From: Promethearchaeota archaeon | Lineage (GTDB): Archaea; Asgardarchaeota; Lokiarchaeia; Sigyniarchaeales; SOKP01 | Length of the DNA: 64,000 nucleotides | Assembly (NCBI GenBank): GCA_030599585.1 | Contig: JAUVNS010000004.1 | Span: 287,087-351,086 of the forward strand | Direction of reading: 5' to 3' | Shown: positions 20,107 to 30,070 of the stretch, one piece after another | How the letters are laid out: each line of letters begins with the position of its first letter | Position numbering within the stretch: the stretch's first letter is position 1 | Translations under genes and position numbers: made by a program | The notes under the pieces: model-generated | What the model was told of the DNA's origin: nothing | The model's input: only the letters and a program-made list of their open reading frames with translations | Databases searched by the model: none

Positions 20107-21624
20107 CTAATTCTCTCGCAATTGTTTTTCAATTACTCTGTCACAATTTTCTAAAAAAACATCTATTTTATTTATTGGTACTTTCGTACCTGCCGCTGGG
20201 GGATGTCCACCGCCTAGGGCTTCTAAATTTGAAAGTTCTAAAGCTTCTCTAATTGCTTCTGAAAGATTTACGCCCTTTTCTACAATATTTTTGTGAGCTC
20301 TCCCCGATATTTTGTACACATCCTCGTCCTTTCTTTTTGCGCACCCAAAAATTGGTTTATTTATGTCAATAATACCACTTTTACTAAATATTAACATGGA
20401 AGCGATAGTACCTACAATGTTTTCAAAGATAACATTTTCGCCAAAAAAATATTGGATATTGTTTTTGTATTGGATTTTATCCTCATCCTTTAACCACGAT
20501 AACGCTTGACCTAAGGATTTCTTATAATTTAACATATTATCCTTCGCTTTATTATAAGCAATTCTTCTATCACCCATTGCTATAGCAATTCCTAAAGATG
20601 CGTTATCACTCCTTCCGCACGAATTCAATAGATACGCAAAATCATTTAAATCATGTAATTGTGATCCCACAATTTCGTTCTTCAAAATATACCTTTTTAT
20701 GATAAGCTTCTCTATAATTTCAGAAGGCTCTATATTTAACTTTAGAGACATATACTCTATAATTGCAGAGGAAATTTTTTGTTTTTCTTCTTGATTAAGG
20801 TCATTCAGGGTTTTTATGTCTCCTTGCGAATTTTCCATTAAAATCCCTAATGATTTTAAGAATTTTAGCATCTTACTTGTATTATCACTTAATCCTGGAA
20901 GATTTATTTCACTTGAATATGAGATTGCTTCATTTAAAGGTTTAATCGATGAAAAATTTAAATCGTTGTTCACTTCAACTAAATCTGCTTTTGTGGCATC
21001 TTTTAAAATTACCGAATTTAATCCCGTAAACGAATTATTAGGACCTCGACTTTGAATATCTCCCGTTGCTCCTACAAGCGCAATAGGAGATAAATCGATA
21101 TTTTTCTGGTTTAAAGTTTTTACAAAAAGATAACAAATCCCCGCCCCAGAAATTTCACCGCTACCATCAAATTCGTAAAAATAAGGGTTTATGTGCCAAG
21201 GTCTTGAATTTGAGTAAATTTCTTTAATTTTATCATCGTTTTTATCCGAGATATTTTGAGGTAAATGGTGATCTAATATAATAAAAGGAACATTGTTATC
21301 GAAATTATTTAGTTTTTCAGTGAGTTCTAAATATTGACCACTTCCAAAATCAGCAAAAATTAAGAATTTCTTATTATCCTTAGAATTTTCTGCAATTTTT
21401 ATTATCTCTTCTCTTTCCAACTGCCTTAAAACGGTAATTTGAAATGGAATTTTTTCTCTATATAACGCCTTTCCGAGAATCGCTCCAGCCGATAATCCAT
21501 CGGCATCAAGATGTGTATAGATATGTACGGTTGATTCTAATTTTGGTAGATGGTCTAAAAACCAATTTTTAGCCTTAATAAGATCAGAATTTAATAACTC
21601 AAGGTTTGTTGTTCTTTTATTCAT
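20107..21624 (-). CDS. DHH/DHHA1 phosphoesterase, archaeal RecJ/GAN (Cdc45-like)
   Basis: H.DADG, DFGSG, LDHH, E.SGAG, GA.GD.Q, LN.CGR, SGR, GGGH..AAG. Confidence 0.92.
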   Translation of the reverse strand: MNKRTTNLELLNSDLIKAKNWFLDHLPKLESTVHIYTHLDADGLSAGAILGKALYREKIPFQITVLRQLEREEIIKIAENSKDNKKFLIFADFGSGQYLELTEKLNNFDNNVPFIILDHHLPQNISDKNDDKIKEIYSNSRPWHINPYFYEFDGSGEISGAGICYLFVKTLNQKNIDLSPIALVGATGDIQSRGPNNSFTGLNSVILKDATKADLVEVNNDLNFSSIKPLNEAISYSSEINLPGLSDNTSKMLKFLKSLGILMENSQGDIKTLNDLNQEEKQKISSAIIEYMSLKLNIEPSEIIEKLIIKRYILKNEIVGSQLHDLNDFAYLLNSCGRSDNASLGIAIAMGDRRIAYNKAKDNMLNYKKSLGQALSWLKDEDKIQYKNNIQYFFGENVIFENIVGTIASMLIFSKSGIIDINKPIFGCAKRKDEDVYKISGRAHKNIVEKGVNLSEAIREALELSNLEALGGGHPPAAGTKVPINKIDVFLENCDRVIEKQLREN

Positions 21625-21708
21625 TTTTTATAAAATTTTAAAATAAACTTAATTTAATATATAAAAATAAGATTTTAATAATAAATACTCAATTAAAAAA
21701 AAACTTAA

Positions 21709-22716
21709 GTGAAAAATATGACACACCACATTAAAATAAACGAGTTAACTTTAAAATTTGTTAATAAAATAATAGAGAATAAAGAATATTACAAAACAGA
21801 AATAATTCAATATGATAATGGAGCAACTGTCTTAGATATGACAGACACATCATGGAATGGAGGAAAAATGTTTGGAGAAATTTGTATGGGTGGATTAGGA
21901 ACGGTCGATTTTGCATCTTACAAATTAGATGAACATTTTATACCAAGCGTTAATGTTCGCACCTCACAACCTTTAATATCATGTATGGCGTCACAATTAG
22001 CTGGATGGAAAGTAAAATTAAAAAAAGAAATTGAAAAGGACGGAGAAATTAAAAAAAAAAAAGTTTTTGAATCTTTGGGATCAGGACCAGCTCGAGCAAA
22101 AAGTAAAGTCGAGAAATTATTTGATGAAATTGACTATGAAGATGATTCTGATTGTGCCATTATCGCCTTTGAAACTCCAAAACTACCAACTGAAGAAGTA
22201 ATGGCTTTGGTAGCCGAAAAGTGCAAAGTTGGACCTGATAAAACATATGCACTTTGTGCTCCAACAGCGTGTTTAACTGGTTCGATACAAGTAGCTGCGA
22301 GAATAGTCGAAACTGGAATGCATAAATTACATGAAATAAAATTTCCTCTTGGTGTCATTAAGGATGGTTTTGGAACAACAACGATTGCCCCAATTGCTAA
22401 AGACGATCTTGGAGCCATGGGACGAACTAACGATTCCATAATAGCTACAGGTATGACATACTATACTATAGAGGTTGAAAAAGACGAACAAGACGATTTA
22501 TTTGAACTACTGAAAAAAGCCCCTGCTAATACCTCAAAAAGCTATGGTAAACCATTTTTAGAGACATTTAAAGCAGCAAATTACGATTTCTACGCAATTG
22601 ATCCTGGTTTATTTGCACCCGCGACTTACACTGTAACAAATACAACAACCGGAAAGACTGTTACTGTTGGTGAAATTAACCACAAATTACTAAAGGAGTC
22701 CTATAAATTAAACTAG
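21709..22716 (+). CDS. mch: Methenyl-H4MPT cyclohydrolase
   Basis: EICMGGLG, C.ASQ.AGW, GSGPARA, APT....GS.Q..AR.VE...HK, AMGRTND, YGKPF..F....DFY.ID..LFAP. Confidence 0.96.
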   Translation: MKNMTHHIKINELTLKFVNKIIENKEYYKTEIIQYDNGATVLDMTDTSWNGGKMFGEICMGGLGTVDFASYKLDEHFIPSVNVRTSQPLISCMASQLAGWKVKLKKEIEKDGEIKKKKVFESLGSGPARAKSKVEKLFDEIDYEDDSDCAIIAFETPKLPTEEVMALVAEKCKVGPDKTYALCAPTACLTGSIQVAARIVETGMHKLHEIKFPLGVIKDGFGTTTIAPIAKDDLGAMGRTNDSIIATGMTYYTIEVEKDEQDDLFELLKKAPANTSKSYGKPFLETFKAANYDFYAIDPGLFAPATYTVTNTTTGKTVTVGEINHKLLKESYKLN

Positions 22717-22776
22717 AATTTGATTGGTAAATTTATCTACTATTTCTTTTTATATTATTTGCATTCAAACTAAAAT

Positions 22777-23958
22777 TTAAAAATTAGTTAATTCATGTTG
22801 ATATTTTAATATCTCTGCATCAGAGATATCTTTGTCAAATTCTATTTGATGTGGGACACCCAAATACGCGCACGCAATTTTAGCAGCAGCAGCAATTTCC
22901 GCTTTTTTTAATGTTAATGAATATTCATCTACTGACTGCACTGGATCCTCATAATTTGCTCGACGAATATTACTTCTATTTTGAAAGGATTCCTCGTAAT
23001 TCATTCCATCATAAGTTTTCTTTTCTTTTAGCTGAAATGACCTCTCAGATTTCATTTTAGATAATAAAGACCCCATTTTATCTGCAACATTAAAAGGAAG
23101 TTCATTACGCAGTATCAATCTTATCATGTTGTTGATGTCAAAATAATTTAGAGTATCATATTTAACTCTTAAATAACTTTTTAGATTATCCTGGTTTGCT
23201 TGACACTCGATTTCAGTCCAATCGTGAATTGCTAGTCTTCTTCTTAGAAAAATTAATTCCCAATCTATTCCGAGCTCTTTTAAAAATTCAAGTAGTTTAT
23301 TATTGTTAGGTTTTCTTGATTCTATTATTATAAATAATTGCAAACCATAATATTTATGTTCTTGTTGGAGAAAATATCCTCGTTGTTGCATAGACGCGAG
23401 AATTTTAATTTTAATAGAATAAATATCGTCGGATACATCTCTCTTCTCACACTTTAAGTATATTACATTTCCTTCTTCACTCACATATTCACTATCTAAA
23501 AAGCCTACGAAACTTTCCTTATTTTCTTGTATAAAATTTTTCAACCCAGATAAAGTTGGTTTAACATCGTATTTTATTAAATCTTTTTCTCTGATTGAAA
23601 CATAATCGGTATTACTTCCCCCTACAGCCAATTTAATGGATCGTAGCCTTAACTCTTTCTCTTCTCCAAAAACTATTTTAAACGCATCGATTAGAGGAAA
23701 TACTTCTTCTTCCAATATGTTAAGATTAGCCATCGAACTTTCAAAAGGTTGGGGATTCTCCGAAATTTTGTTTAGTATTGGTGCTTCAGAGGCATCTACT
23801 TCAATATCATAGTCTTTCGCTAAATTCTTCCGAACGACACAGACCGACCTCCTTTTCTCGTTATACATAGAAAGAGTCGTTGAATTGTTAATAACCGCAC
23901 GGAATTGTTCAGTGGATTTCTCTTCAGATCCTTTAGATTTAAGTTTTCTTTTTCCCAT
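22777..23958 (-). CDS. Hypothetical soluble protein
   Basis: 393-aa ORF, AAGGTAG SD-like motif upstream; no family recognised. Confidence 0.7.
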   Translation of the reverse strand: MGKRKLKSKGSEEKSTEQFRAVINNSTTLSMYNEKRRSVCVVRKNLAKDYDIEVDASEAPILNKISENPQPFESSMANLNILEEEVFPLIDAFKIVFGEEKELRLRSIKLAVGGSNTDYVSIREKDLIKYDVKPTLSGLKNFIQENKESFVGFLDSEYVSEEGNVIYLKCEKRDVSDDIYSIKIKILASMQQRGYFLQQEHKYYGLQLFIIIESRKPNNNKLLEFLKELGIDWELIFLRRRLAIHDWTEIECQANQDNLKSYLRVKYDTLNYFDINNMIRLILRNELPFNVADKMGSLLSKMKSERSFQLKEKKTYDGMNYEESFQNRSNIRRANYEDPVQSVDEYSLTLKKAEIAAAAKIACAYLGVPHQIEFDKDISDAEILKYQHELTNF

Positions 23959-24243
23959 AAACGCTACCTTCGAATAATGAGTAACTTATTCTATTTCTGA
24001 TTAAGTAAAAAAATAGCAATCTTATAATTTTATGTATATGGAATTATAATAGTCTCTAAGATGGTCTTTTATCTCTATTAATTACTTAATTTCTCTCTAT
24101 TAAAAATAATAAAGACTCTTAATTTACTATTATATTAAACTCTTCTTAAAACTGAGAACGAAATAATTCTGCTCAATAGATAAGGAAAAATCAATTCAAA
24201 TAGAAAAGGATCACTAAATGTTGTTGTTAAATTACTTTCCGTA

Positions 24244-24438
24244 TTAATCTAATTCCTCTTCTAAGTAATATTTGTCATCTTTTTTAATATAAACCACTGT
24301 TGAGCCAAAATTATTACGAACCGTATATTTATTATCGTCAACTTCTAATAATTCTATCGAATATGGTATTCTTCTGTTTTTTAGAATATCTTCAACGATT
24401 TCTTTTTCTTCTAAAGCATCCATATCTATAATTATCAA
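24244..24438 (-). CDS. Small hypothetical protein
   Basis: Short ORF with protein-like composition, co-directional with neighbours; probable start at MDALEEKE. Confidence 0.6.
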   Translation of the reverse strand: MIIIDMDALEEKEIVEDILKNRRIPYSIELLEVDDNKYTVRNNFGSTVVYIKKDDKYYLEEELD

Positions 24439-24495
24439 ACAATTAAAAAAAATTTTGTGATTTTAGAATGATTTCGAATATATAATTTAATACAA

Positions 24496-24978
24496 CTATT
24501 CAGAAGCCTTTCCTGTAATCAACTTAATCTCTAATTTTAGTAAGCAAGTGTTATTATAGGATTCTTCACTTTTAAAGAATCTTTTCTTTAATTTACTTGG
24601 ATTATCTTCCAAGTGTTTTAACATTATATCAAATGCATGCTTTTTTTCATCCAAGTCTTCTAGAATTGTCATGTTTCCCCAAAAAACAATGGAGCGGTAT
24701 TTATGAGAGCAAGCACTCTTAACATAGCCTAAATCTTCTAATATTGTGCCACAAACTTTTTTATTTTCCTTTAAATACTTTAATTTTAATCCCTTTTGAG
24801 CGCTATGAAAGTACAAGCAATTATGTATCTCGTCAAAACCATAACTAAGCGTTACTATATACGGTTCGCCGTTTCTACACATAGAAATTGTTGAAAACTT
24901 ACCTTTTTTCAAAATTTCCATTAAGACTCTCTTGTCTAAAATTTCCCTATCCTTTTTTTGCATGTGATATTTCTGCAT
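24496..24978 (-). CDS. Pyridoxamine 5'-phosphate oxidase-like flavin-binding protein (NimA/NimC family)
   Basis: M.KKDREI.D, PY.V.LSYG, LYFHSA..G.K, Y.S.V..G, ITGK. Confidence 0.88.
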   Translation of the reverse strand: MQKYHMQKKDREILDKRVLMEILKKGKFSTISMCRNGEPYIVTLSYGFDEIHNCLYFHSAQKGLKLKYLKENKKVCGTILEDLGYVKSACSHKYRSIVFWGNMTILEDLDEKKHAFDIMLKHLEDNPSKLKKRFFKSEESYNNTCLLKLEIKLITGKASE

Positions 24979-25240
24979 AGTTTTTACTCACCTACTTAAA
25001 CAAATTTTGTATCTAAATTAACCATGATTAAAAATTTTCGATTGGTAATAATTCCTCTGGATATTACTATAATATTTAAAAAAATAGTTTCAATTTTAAA
25101 ATATCACATATAAAACTAACGGTTTTAACTATTTTATTAAGAAACAGTGAAAATTTTAATAAAAGAAACAGTTTAAAAACCTAGATAGATGTTTATATAT
25201 ATATAATACTATTAATGATATTTATTAGGGGTCTGTAGTC

Positions 25241-26488
25241 GTGGTAAAAAGTGTTTTTGATATTGGATTCTTCAGCACCATGTATAGCCAAATCAACGGG
25301 ACCGCTCACGCAGTAAGATTTCTATCAGAAGCAATTGCTAATCTCGGACACAATGTTCATGTCTTTGCACCACGAATTCAAAATGGCTACAAAATTCCAA
25401 AAACATTGCATTTTCACGAAATTGGAGGAGCTATTATTGGTCATAACACTGGCTTTGTTCTAAGTGCTCCTATACACAAGATCTTTTTCTGTAAACATGA
25501 TTATTTAGATATTGCCCATATTCATACACATGCCGTTGTAGGATCAATGGCTATAAATTGGGCTAAGTATCTAGGTATTCCAATGATAGGGACTCACAAT
25601 AGTCCAATGCAATACTATACTGCTCAGTACGTTCCCGTAATCGGTAAGCTATTAACAAAAGGCGACCTGATCTGGAGATATGAGCGCCACATTGTTGATA
25701 AGTATGATTTTGTTCATGTCGCTACAAAATCAAAAAAAGATTTACTACGAGATTATAGGTTCAAAGAACCAATAGTGTGCATGACTAATGGAATTCGCGA
25801 CTTGTATTACACAAATTTAAAAGAAAATGGAATTCGTGAGAAATATGGATTAGAAGGAAAGAAAGTTCTTTTATATGCCTCACGATTATCTCCTGAAAAA
25901 CACCCCATAGATATAATTAAAACTTTTAAAAGAGTCCATGACGAAGTTCCTGACGCCCATCTTTTGCTAGTTGGGAGTGCTGGACCTTCAAAGGACCAAG
26001 TAAAAAGAATAATTAAAAAGAAACAGTATAGAGATTTCGTATCTTATGCTGGAAGAGTTCCTTTTCCCGATTTACTAAAATTATACGATACTGCGGATTT
26101 GACTTGTTTATGGTCGTGGATTGAAGCTGAAGGACTTGTATTGCTTGAAGCAATGGCTCAAGGAACTCCAAATGTTGGAGCTAATGCATGCGGAATCAGT
26201 AATATAATTCGGCACGGTAAAACTGGTTATTTAGCCAACAACCTTGATCAGTTTAAAGACTATGTTGTTGAATTGTTAAAAAATGATGATCTTAGGGCTG
26301 AATTTGGAAAAAACGCTCAAAAAGTTGCTCAGGATTATAGAGTAAGTGAGATCGCAAAAACATGGATTAAACTATACAAATTTACAATTGATCAACTTTA
26401 TCCTTTAAGATACAATAAAGCAGATAGGAAACTCCGTGTTGAATTAGTAAAAGAGTTTATACAACAATTACCTCATGCTACTTTTTAA
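25241..26488 (+). CDS. Glycosyltransferase family 4 (GT-B)
   Basis: NG.A..V..L...L...GH.V.VFAP, H.HT, NG, SRL.PEK, E.EGLVLLEAMA.G.P. Confidence 0.92.
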   Translation: MVKSVFDIGFFSTMYSQINGTAHAVRFLSEAIANLGHNVHVFAPRIQNGYKIPKTLHFHEIGGAIIGHNTGFVLSAPIHKIFFCKHDYLDIAHIHTHAVVGSMAINWAKYLGIPMIGTHNSPMQYYTAQYVPVIGKLLTKGDLIWRYERHIVDKYDFVHVATKSKKDLLRDYRFKEPIVCMTNGIRDLYYTNLKENGIREKYGLEGKKVLLYASRLSPEKHPIDIIKTFKRVHDEVPDAHLLLVGSAGPSKDQVKRIIKKKQYRDFVSYAGRVPFPDLLKLYDTADLTCLWSWIEAEGLVLLEAMAQGTPNVGANACGISNIIRHGKTGYLANNLDQFKDYVVELLKNDDLRAEFGKNAQKVAQDYRVSEIAKTWIKLYKFTIDQLYPLRYNKADRKLRVELVKEFIQQLPHATF

Positions 26489-27186
26489 AAATTATTCTTT
26501 CTTCTAACCTCGTTTAATTTAGACTGACATTTTTCACAGAGGTTTGCAGATTTATTATCGATCTCTTCTAAATTTTGTGAAAATCGCATAACACAATCTG
26601 TGGTAAGACAGTGTTCAAGGCTAATGATAATATGTCCAATTTCGTGAATTACCTCTTTAATTATCCTACTGCTAAACTTTAAGTTATATCCTGATTCTTC
26701 ATTTAATTGAGGAATCAAATTATGAGTAGAAACTATAGCACACCGGTCGTTAATATTAGATTCTCCAAATAAGAAGAGTAGGCTTTTATCACTACTTGAA
26801 TAAATAGGTAGGTCTGTAAGTCCTAAACCTATATTAAAATTGTGTTTTTTCATAAGATTCCTAATAATATTGTATAGTTTGTTGGTTGGTTGGAGGATTA
26901 CTTCTTTAGAAGTTTGTTTTAACAAATTATGCTCTTTTCTAATTTCACTTTCATACAAATCTGAGGGAATCTCGCATTCTCCAATAAAAAGAATTTCATA
27001 AAAAAATGAGTTGAATATTTTATTAATATAAAAATCTAATTTCGTCAAAATGGATGTTGAAATCTTTCCAATAAAAACTATTCCCAAATGGCTTGGATAA
27101 ATGTATTTTATTGAGGGATTTTGGCTAGACTGTAAAGGTATTTCTTGATTAATGAAAAAATATTTATTATTTAGATATTTTGGCAT
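26485..27186 (-). CDS. Archaemetzincin-like zinc metalloprotease
   Basis: KE.IHEIGH....EHC, CVM.FS Met-turn, D.K...LC..C; F.FGE...A.VS. Confidence 0.85.
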   Translation of the reverse strand: MPKYLNNKYFFINQEIPLQSSQNPSIKYIYPSHLGIVFIGKISTSILTKLDFYINKIFNSFFYEILFIGECEIPSDLYESEIRKEHNLLKQTSKEVILQPTNKLYNIIRNLMKKHNFNIGLGLTDLPIYSSSDKSLLFLFGESNINDRCAIVSTHNLIPQLNEESGYNLKFSSRIIKEVIHEIGHIIISLEHCLTTDCVMRFSQNLEEIDNKSANLCEKCQSKLNEVRRKNNF

Positions 27187-27305
27187 AATATCATTATTTT
27201 ACAATACGTTTATACGACTTGATAATTCATTATTATTACATATTTAAATTATTAATTATTTTATTAATTTAAATTATTCTTTCAAAATACACATTCTTTA
27301 AAATA

Positions 27306-28373
27306 ATGTCTAATAATCCAAATTCAGTAAATATCCGAAAGGACGACCTAGAAGAAGAGCAGGATTTTTCTCTAATTGAAGAAGAACAAAAAGAAATTAT
27401 CGAAAAGGATTTTATTCCACATTTTTTACCAACGTATAGAATAAAGTTCAAATTTTATTCAATTCCTATTGTTGTCGTAATAATTTTATCTTCAATACTA
27501 GCGTATCTCACCTTCGTTGTTGCGGGAGTTCAAGTAGAAGAAAGTTATTTTCCTGAAGGTGAATTGGGAGCTTTAGCTGTTCTATTAAATGGTGTAATTT
27601 TTACAGTAATTGCGGTTGTATCAGGATTTTTAATAGTATTTTTTATCAAAAAGCTCGGGATAGGTGTCTTGAAGTACCTTTTTGGGATAAGTTTCGGCTT
27701 TGTTAGTTTTTTCATTACCTTAATGTTCTTGGATGTCATTATATATTTAATTTTCATCCAATTTCCTGAGACTACATTTGTTTTTAAACTATACATTCTG
27801 TTTACGGATTGGTATTTACCAATGGGGACAGCTATTTCTGTGTTCTTTCTCCTTTATAAATACTTCACTTCAAAATCTATAAAAACTAAAAATTTTATCG
27901 TCCTCTATATCAGTCTTTTGATAAGTGCTTCCATGAGTATTGTTTTACCTTTTTGGAGTACTCTCGCTATTTTGGTTGGTATATCTTTCTGGGATCTTTT
28001 TGCTGTCCTCTATAAAAAAGGACCAATTAAGGAAATGATAGAATTATTATCAGAAAATGGCAATGAAGACGAGATGGAAGATGAAGATATTAAAGAGCAA
28101 ATTGAAAGTGGTAAGGCTGTTTATGATACATCTAATTTAGAAATTGGAATTGGAGATCTAGCTTTTTACAGTTTACTTACTTCTAGTGTATTTTTATTCA
28201 CGAATAATATCATAATCACAGCTTTAACCGCAATAGCAATCGTAATTGGAACAGGAATTACTATCTCGGGATTAAAAAAGAATAAGCTTTTACCAGGACT
28301 TCCAATTAGTATCTTTTTAGGAATAGGTGCTTTTTTAATCTCTCAATTAATTGTAACAATCTTTTTTATATGA
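27306..28373 (+). CDS. Presenilin-family intramembrane aspartyl protease (GxGD)
   Basis: About 9 TM; FWDLFAVL..KGP (TM6 Asp), IGIGDLAFYS (TM7 GxGD), LPGLPISI (PAL-equivalent). Confidence 0.92.
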   Translation: MSNNPNSVNIRKDDLEEEQDFSLIEEEQKEIIEKDFIPHFLPTYRIKFKFYSIPIVVVIILSSILAYLTFVVAGVQVEESYFPEGELGALAVLLNGVIFTVIAVVSGFLIVFFIKKLGIGVLKYLFGISFGFVSFFITLMFLDVIIYLIFIQFPETTFVFKLYILFTDWYLPMGTAISVFFLLYKYFTSKSIKTKNFIVLYISLLISASMSIVLPFWSTLAILVGISFWDLFAVLYKKGPIKEMIELLSENGNEDEMEDEDIKEQIESGKAVYDTSNLEIGIGDLAFYSLLTSSVFLFTNNIIITALTAIAIVIGTGITISGLKKNKLLPGLPISIFLGIGAFLISQLIVTIFFI

Positions 28374-28449
28374 GTTGTGATTTCTTATCATAGATATATA
28401 TAAAATTCATATATCTCATAATTTTCCAATAATCAAGGTGTAATAAGTT

Positions 28450-29640
28450 ATAGTAGATATAAGTAAGGTTAAAACAATTTCAGTTATCGGAGCAGGAACA
28501 ATGGGTAGAGAAATCGCTCAAGTTGCTCTCATGTCAAACATATTTAATAAAGTTTACATAAACGACACTAATGACAATGCTTTAAAAAATGCTAAAATCT
28601 ATATTCTAAATGGTCTTAACAAATTGGAATCCAAGGGTTTATTAGCGCATGGGTCAACAACGAATGAATTAATGAAAAATCTGGTACTCGATAAAAATTT
28701 AATCTCCTCAATTAAAAAGGCAGATTTTGTTGTTGAAGCAATACCCGAGATAATGGAATTAAAACAAGAACTGTTCGAAGAATTAGGGCAATATGCTCCA
28801 GAGCATGCTGTGTTAGCGACAAACACATCGACTATGAGCATTACTAAGATCGCAGAAGCATCAAAAAGACCTGAACAAGTAATTGGAATGCATTTTTTTA
28901 CTCCGATTCCTTTGCTCAGGCTAATTGAATTAATTAAAGGTGAAAAAACCTCGCAAGAAGCTTTTGATTTAGGAGTAGCAATCGGTCAAAAGTTACCCGC
29001 TATCAAAGGAAAAAGATATATCGCAAAAATAGAAAAAGAAAGTCCTGGATTCATTGTAAATCGCCTACTTATTACAACAAACCTCTTATTTAATTGGATT
29101 TTAGATATGGCTACTGATAAAGGAATTCCTTACGAGAAAATCGACAACGATTTCGTGGCTCCCCCTGAATTAGGGCCATTAGCTAAATGGGATTTTTTAG
29201 GTTTAGATATTGTTTGCGATGTAATGAATTATTTTGTTGAAGAAATATCGCCTGAATTTGCTCCCGGTAAAACGCTTACAAACCTTCTCAAAAAAGGTAA
29301 TTTGGGAAGAAAAACGGGTGAAGGTATTTACGAGTGGGTTGAAGGAAAACCTAATCGTAAAACTAATGAAAAAGCAGGCTTATTTAATGCAGAACATTAT
29401 TATGCGATTCAATTAAATGAAGGATGTAGGTTATTAGAAGAAAAAATTGTGTCCGGATATAAAATAATTGATGATACAATGTTAGCAGGAATGGATATGC
29501 CAGGACCATTTGGAGCTGGTAAAAGAAATTACGAAAAATGGTCCCTAATGTTAGAAGAACTAACTGAAACGACCCAAATAAAATATTTTAAACCGTGCGA
29601 CATGATGAAATCTGGAGCTTTTCTTAAACTTAGAAAGTAA
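28450..29640 (+). CDS. 3-hydroxyacyl-CoA dehydrogenase (NAD-binding domain plus two C-terminal domains)
   Basis: In-frame VIGAGTMG Rossmann motif begins upstream of the track ATG (28501); VEA.PE...K, ATNTS, GMHFF.P, PGFIVNR, G.LGRKTG.G.Y. Confidence 0.92.
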   Translation: MVDISKVKTISVIGAGTMGREIAQVALMSNIFNKVYINDTNDNALKNAKIYILNGLNKLESKGLLAHGSTTNELMKNLVLDKNLISSIKKADFVVEAIPEIMELKQELFEELGQYAPEHAVLATNTSTMSITKIAEASKRPEQVIGMHFFTPIPLLRLIELIKGEKTSQEAFDLGVAIGQKLPAIKGKRYIAKIEKESPGFIVNRLLITTNLLFNWILDMATDKGIPYEKIDNDFVAPPELGPLAKWDFLGLDIVCDVMNYFVEEISPEFAPGKTLTNLLKKGNLGRKTGEGIYEWVEGKPNRKTNEKAGLFNAEHYYAIQLNEGCRLLEEKIVSGYKIIDDTMLAGMDMPGPFGAGKRNYEKWSLMLEELTETTQIKYFKPCDMMKSGAFLKLRK

Positions 29641-29754
29641 ATTAATTTTTAAAACTGAAATCCCCAGTAGAAGCGAAAATAAAACTAAAGTATGAGTATT
29701 AAATATCCTAAATCTTTATTTGAAGTATATAAAAATTAAATTGAATTCTATATT

Positions 29755-30045
29755 TTGAACGAGAAAAATACTACCCCTAAAACGGGTTTTGAGAAGATTT
29801 TAGATTTTTTTAATAGTAAGCTCGCGGTTAATCATCCCATCGCAATTGCTGAAGTTGTTGAGCGAACTGGATTTTCTTGGAGTTTTGTGAAAAAAACCTT
29901 ATCTACGATAAAGAACGATTACGATGGATTTTTCTTTGAAAAATCAGGAAGCACATGGATTATATGGAAAGACCGAAGCAATGTAATTAAGAAATTGGAT
30001 GAAACCTGCTCCCGATTTTTAGTAGATGACGAAGAGGGATGCTAA
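29755..30045 (+). CDS. Small winged-helix DNA-binding protein (putative)
   Basis: KILDF...PIAIAEVVERTGFSWSFVKKTL HTH pattern followed by a beta-wing (FEKSGSTWIIW). Confidence 0.65.
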   Translation: MNEKNTTPKTGFEKILDFFNSKLAVNHPIAIAEVVERTGFSWSFVKKTLSTIKNDYDGFFFEKSGSTWIIWKDRSNVIKKLDETCSRFLVDDEEGC

Positions 30046-30070
30046 AGTCAATCTTATAAGCTTCTAAAGG

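Noticed and set aside
25192-25206. (TA)n run upstream of the GT4 gene as a phase-variable element
   Set aside because: Short, within an AT-rich intergenic region, and more simply explained as TATA-like promoter sequence.
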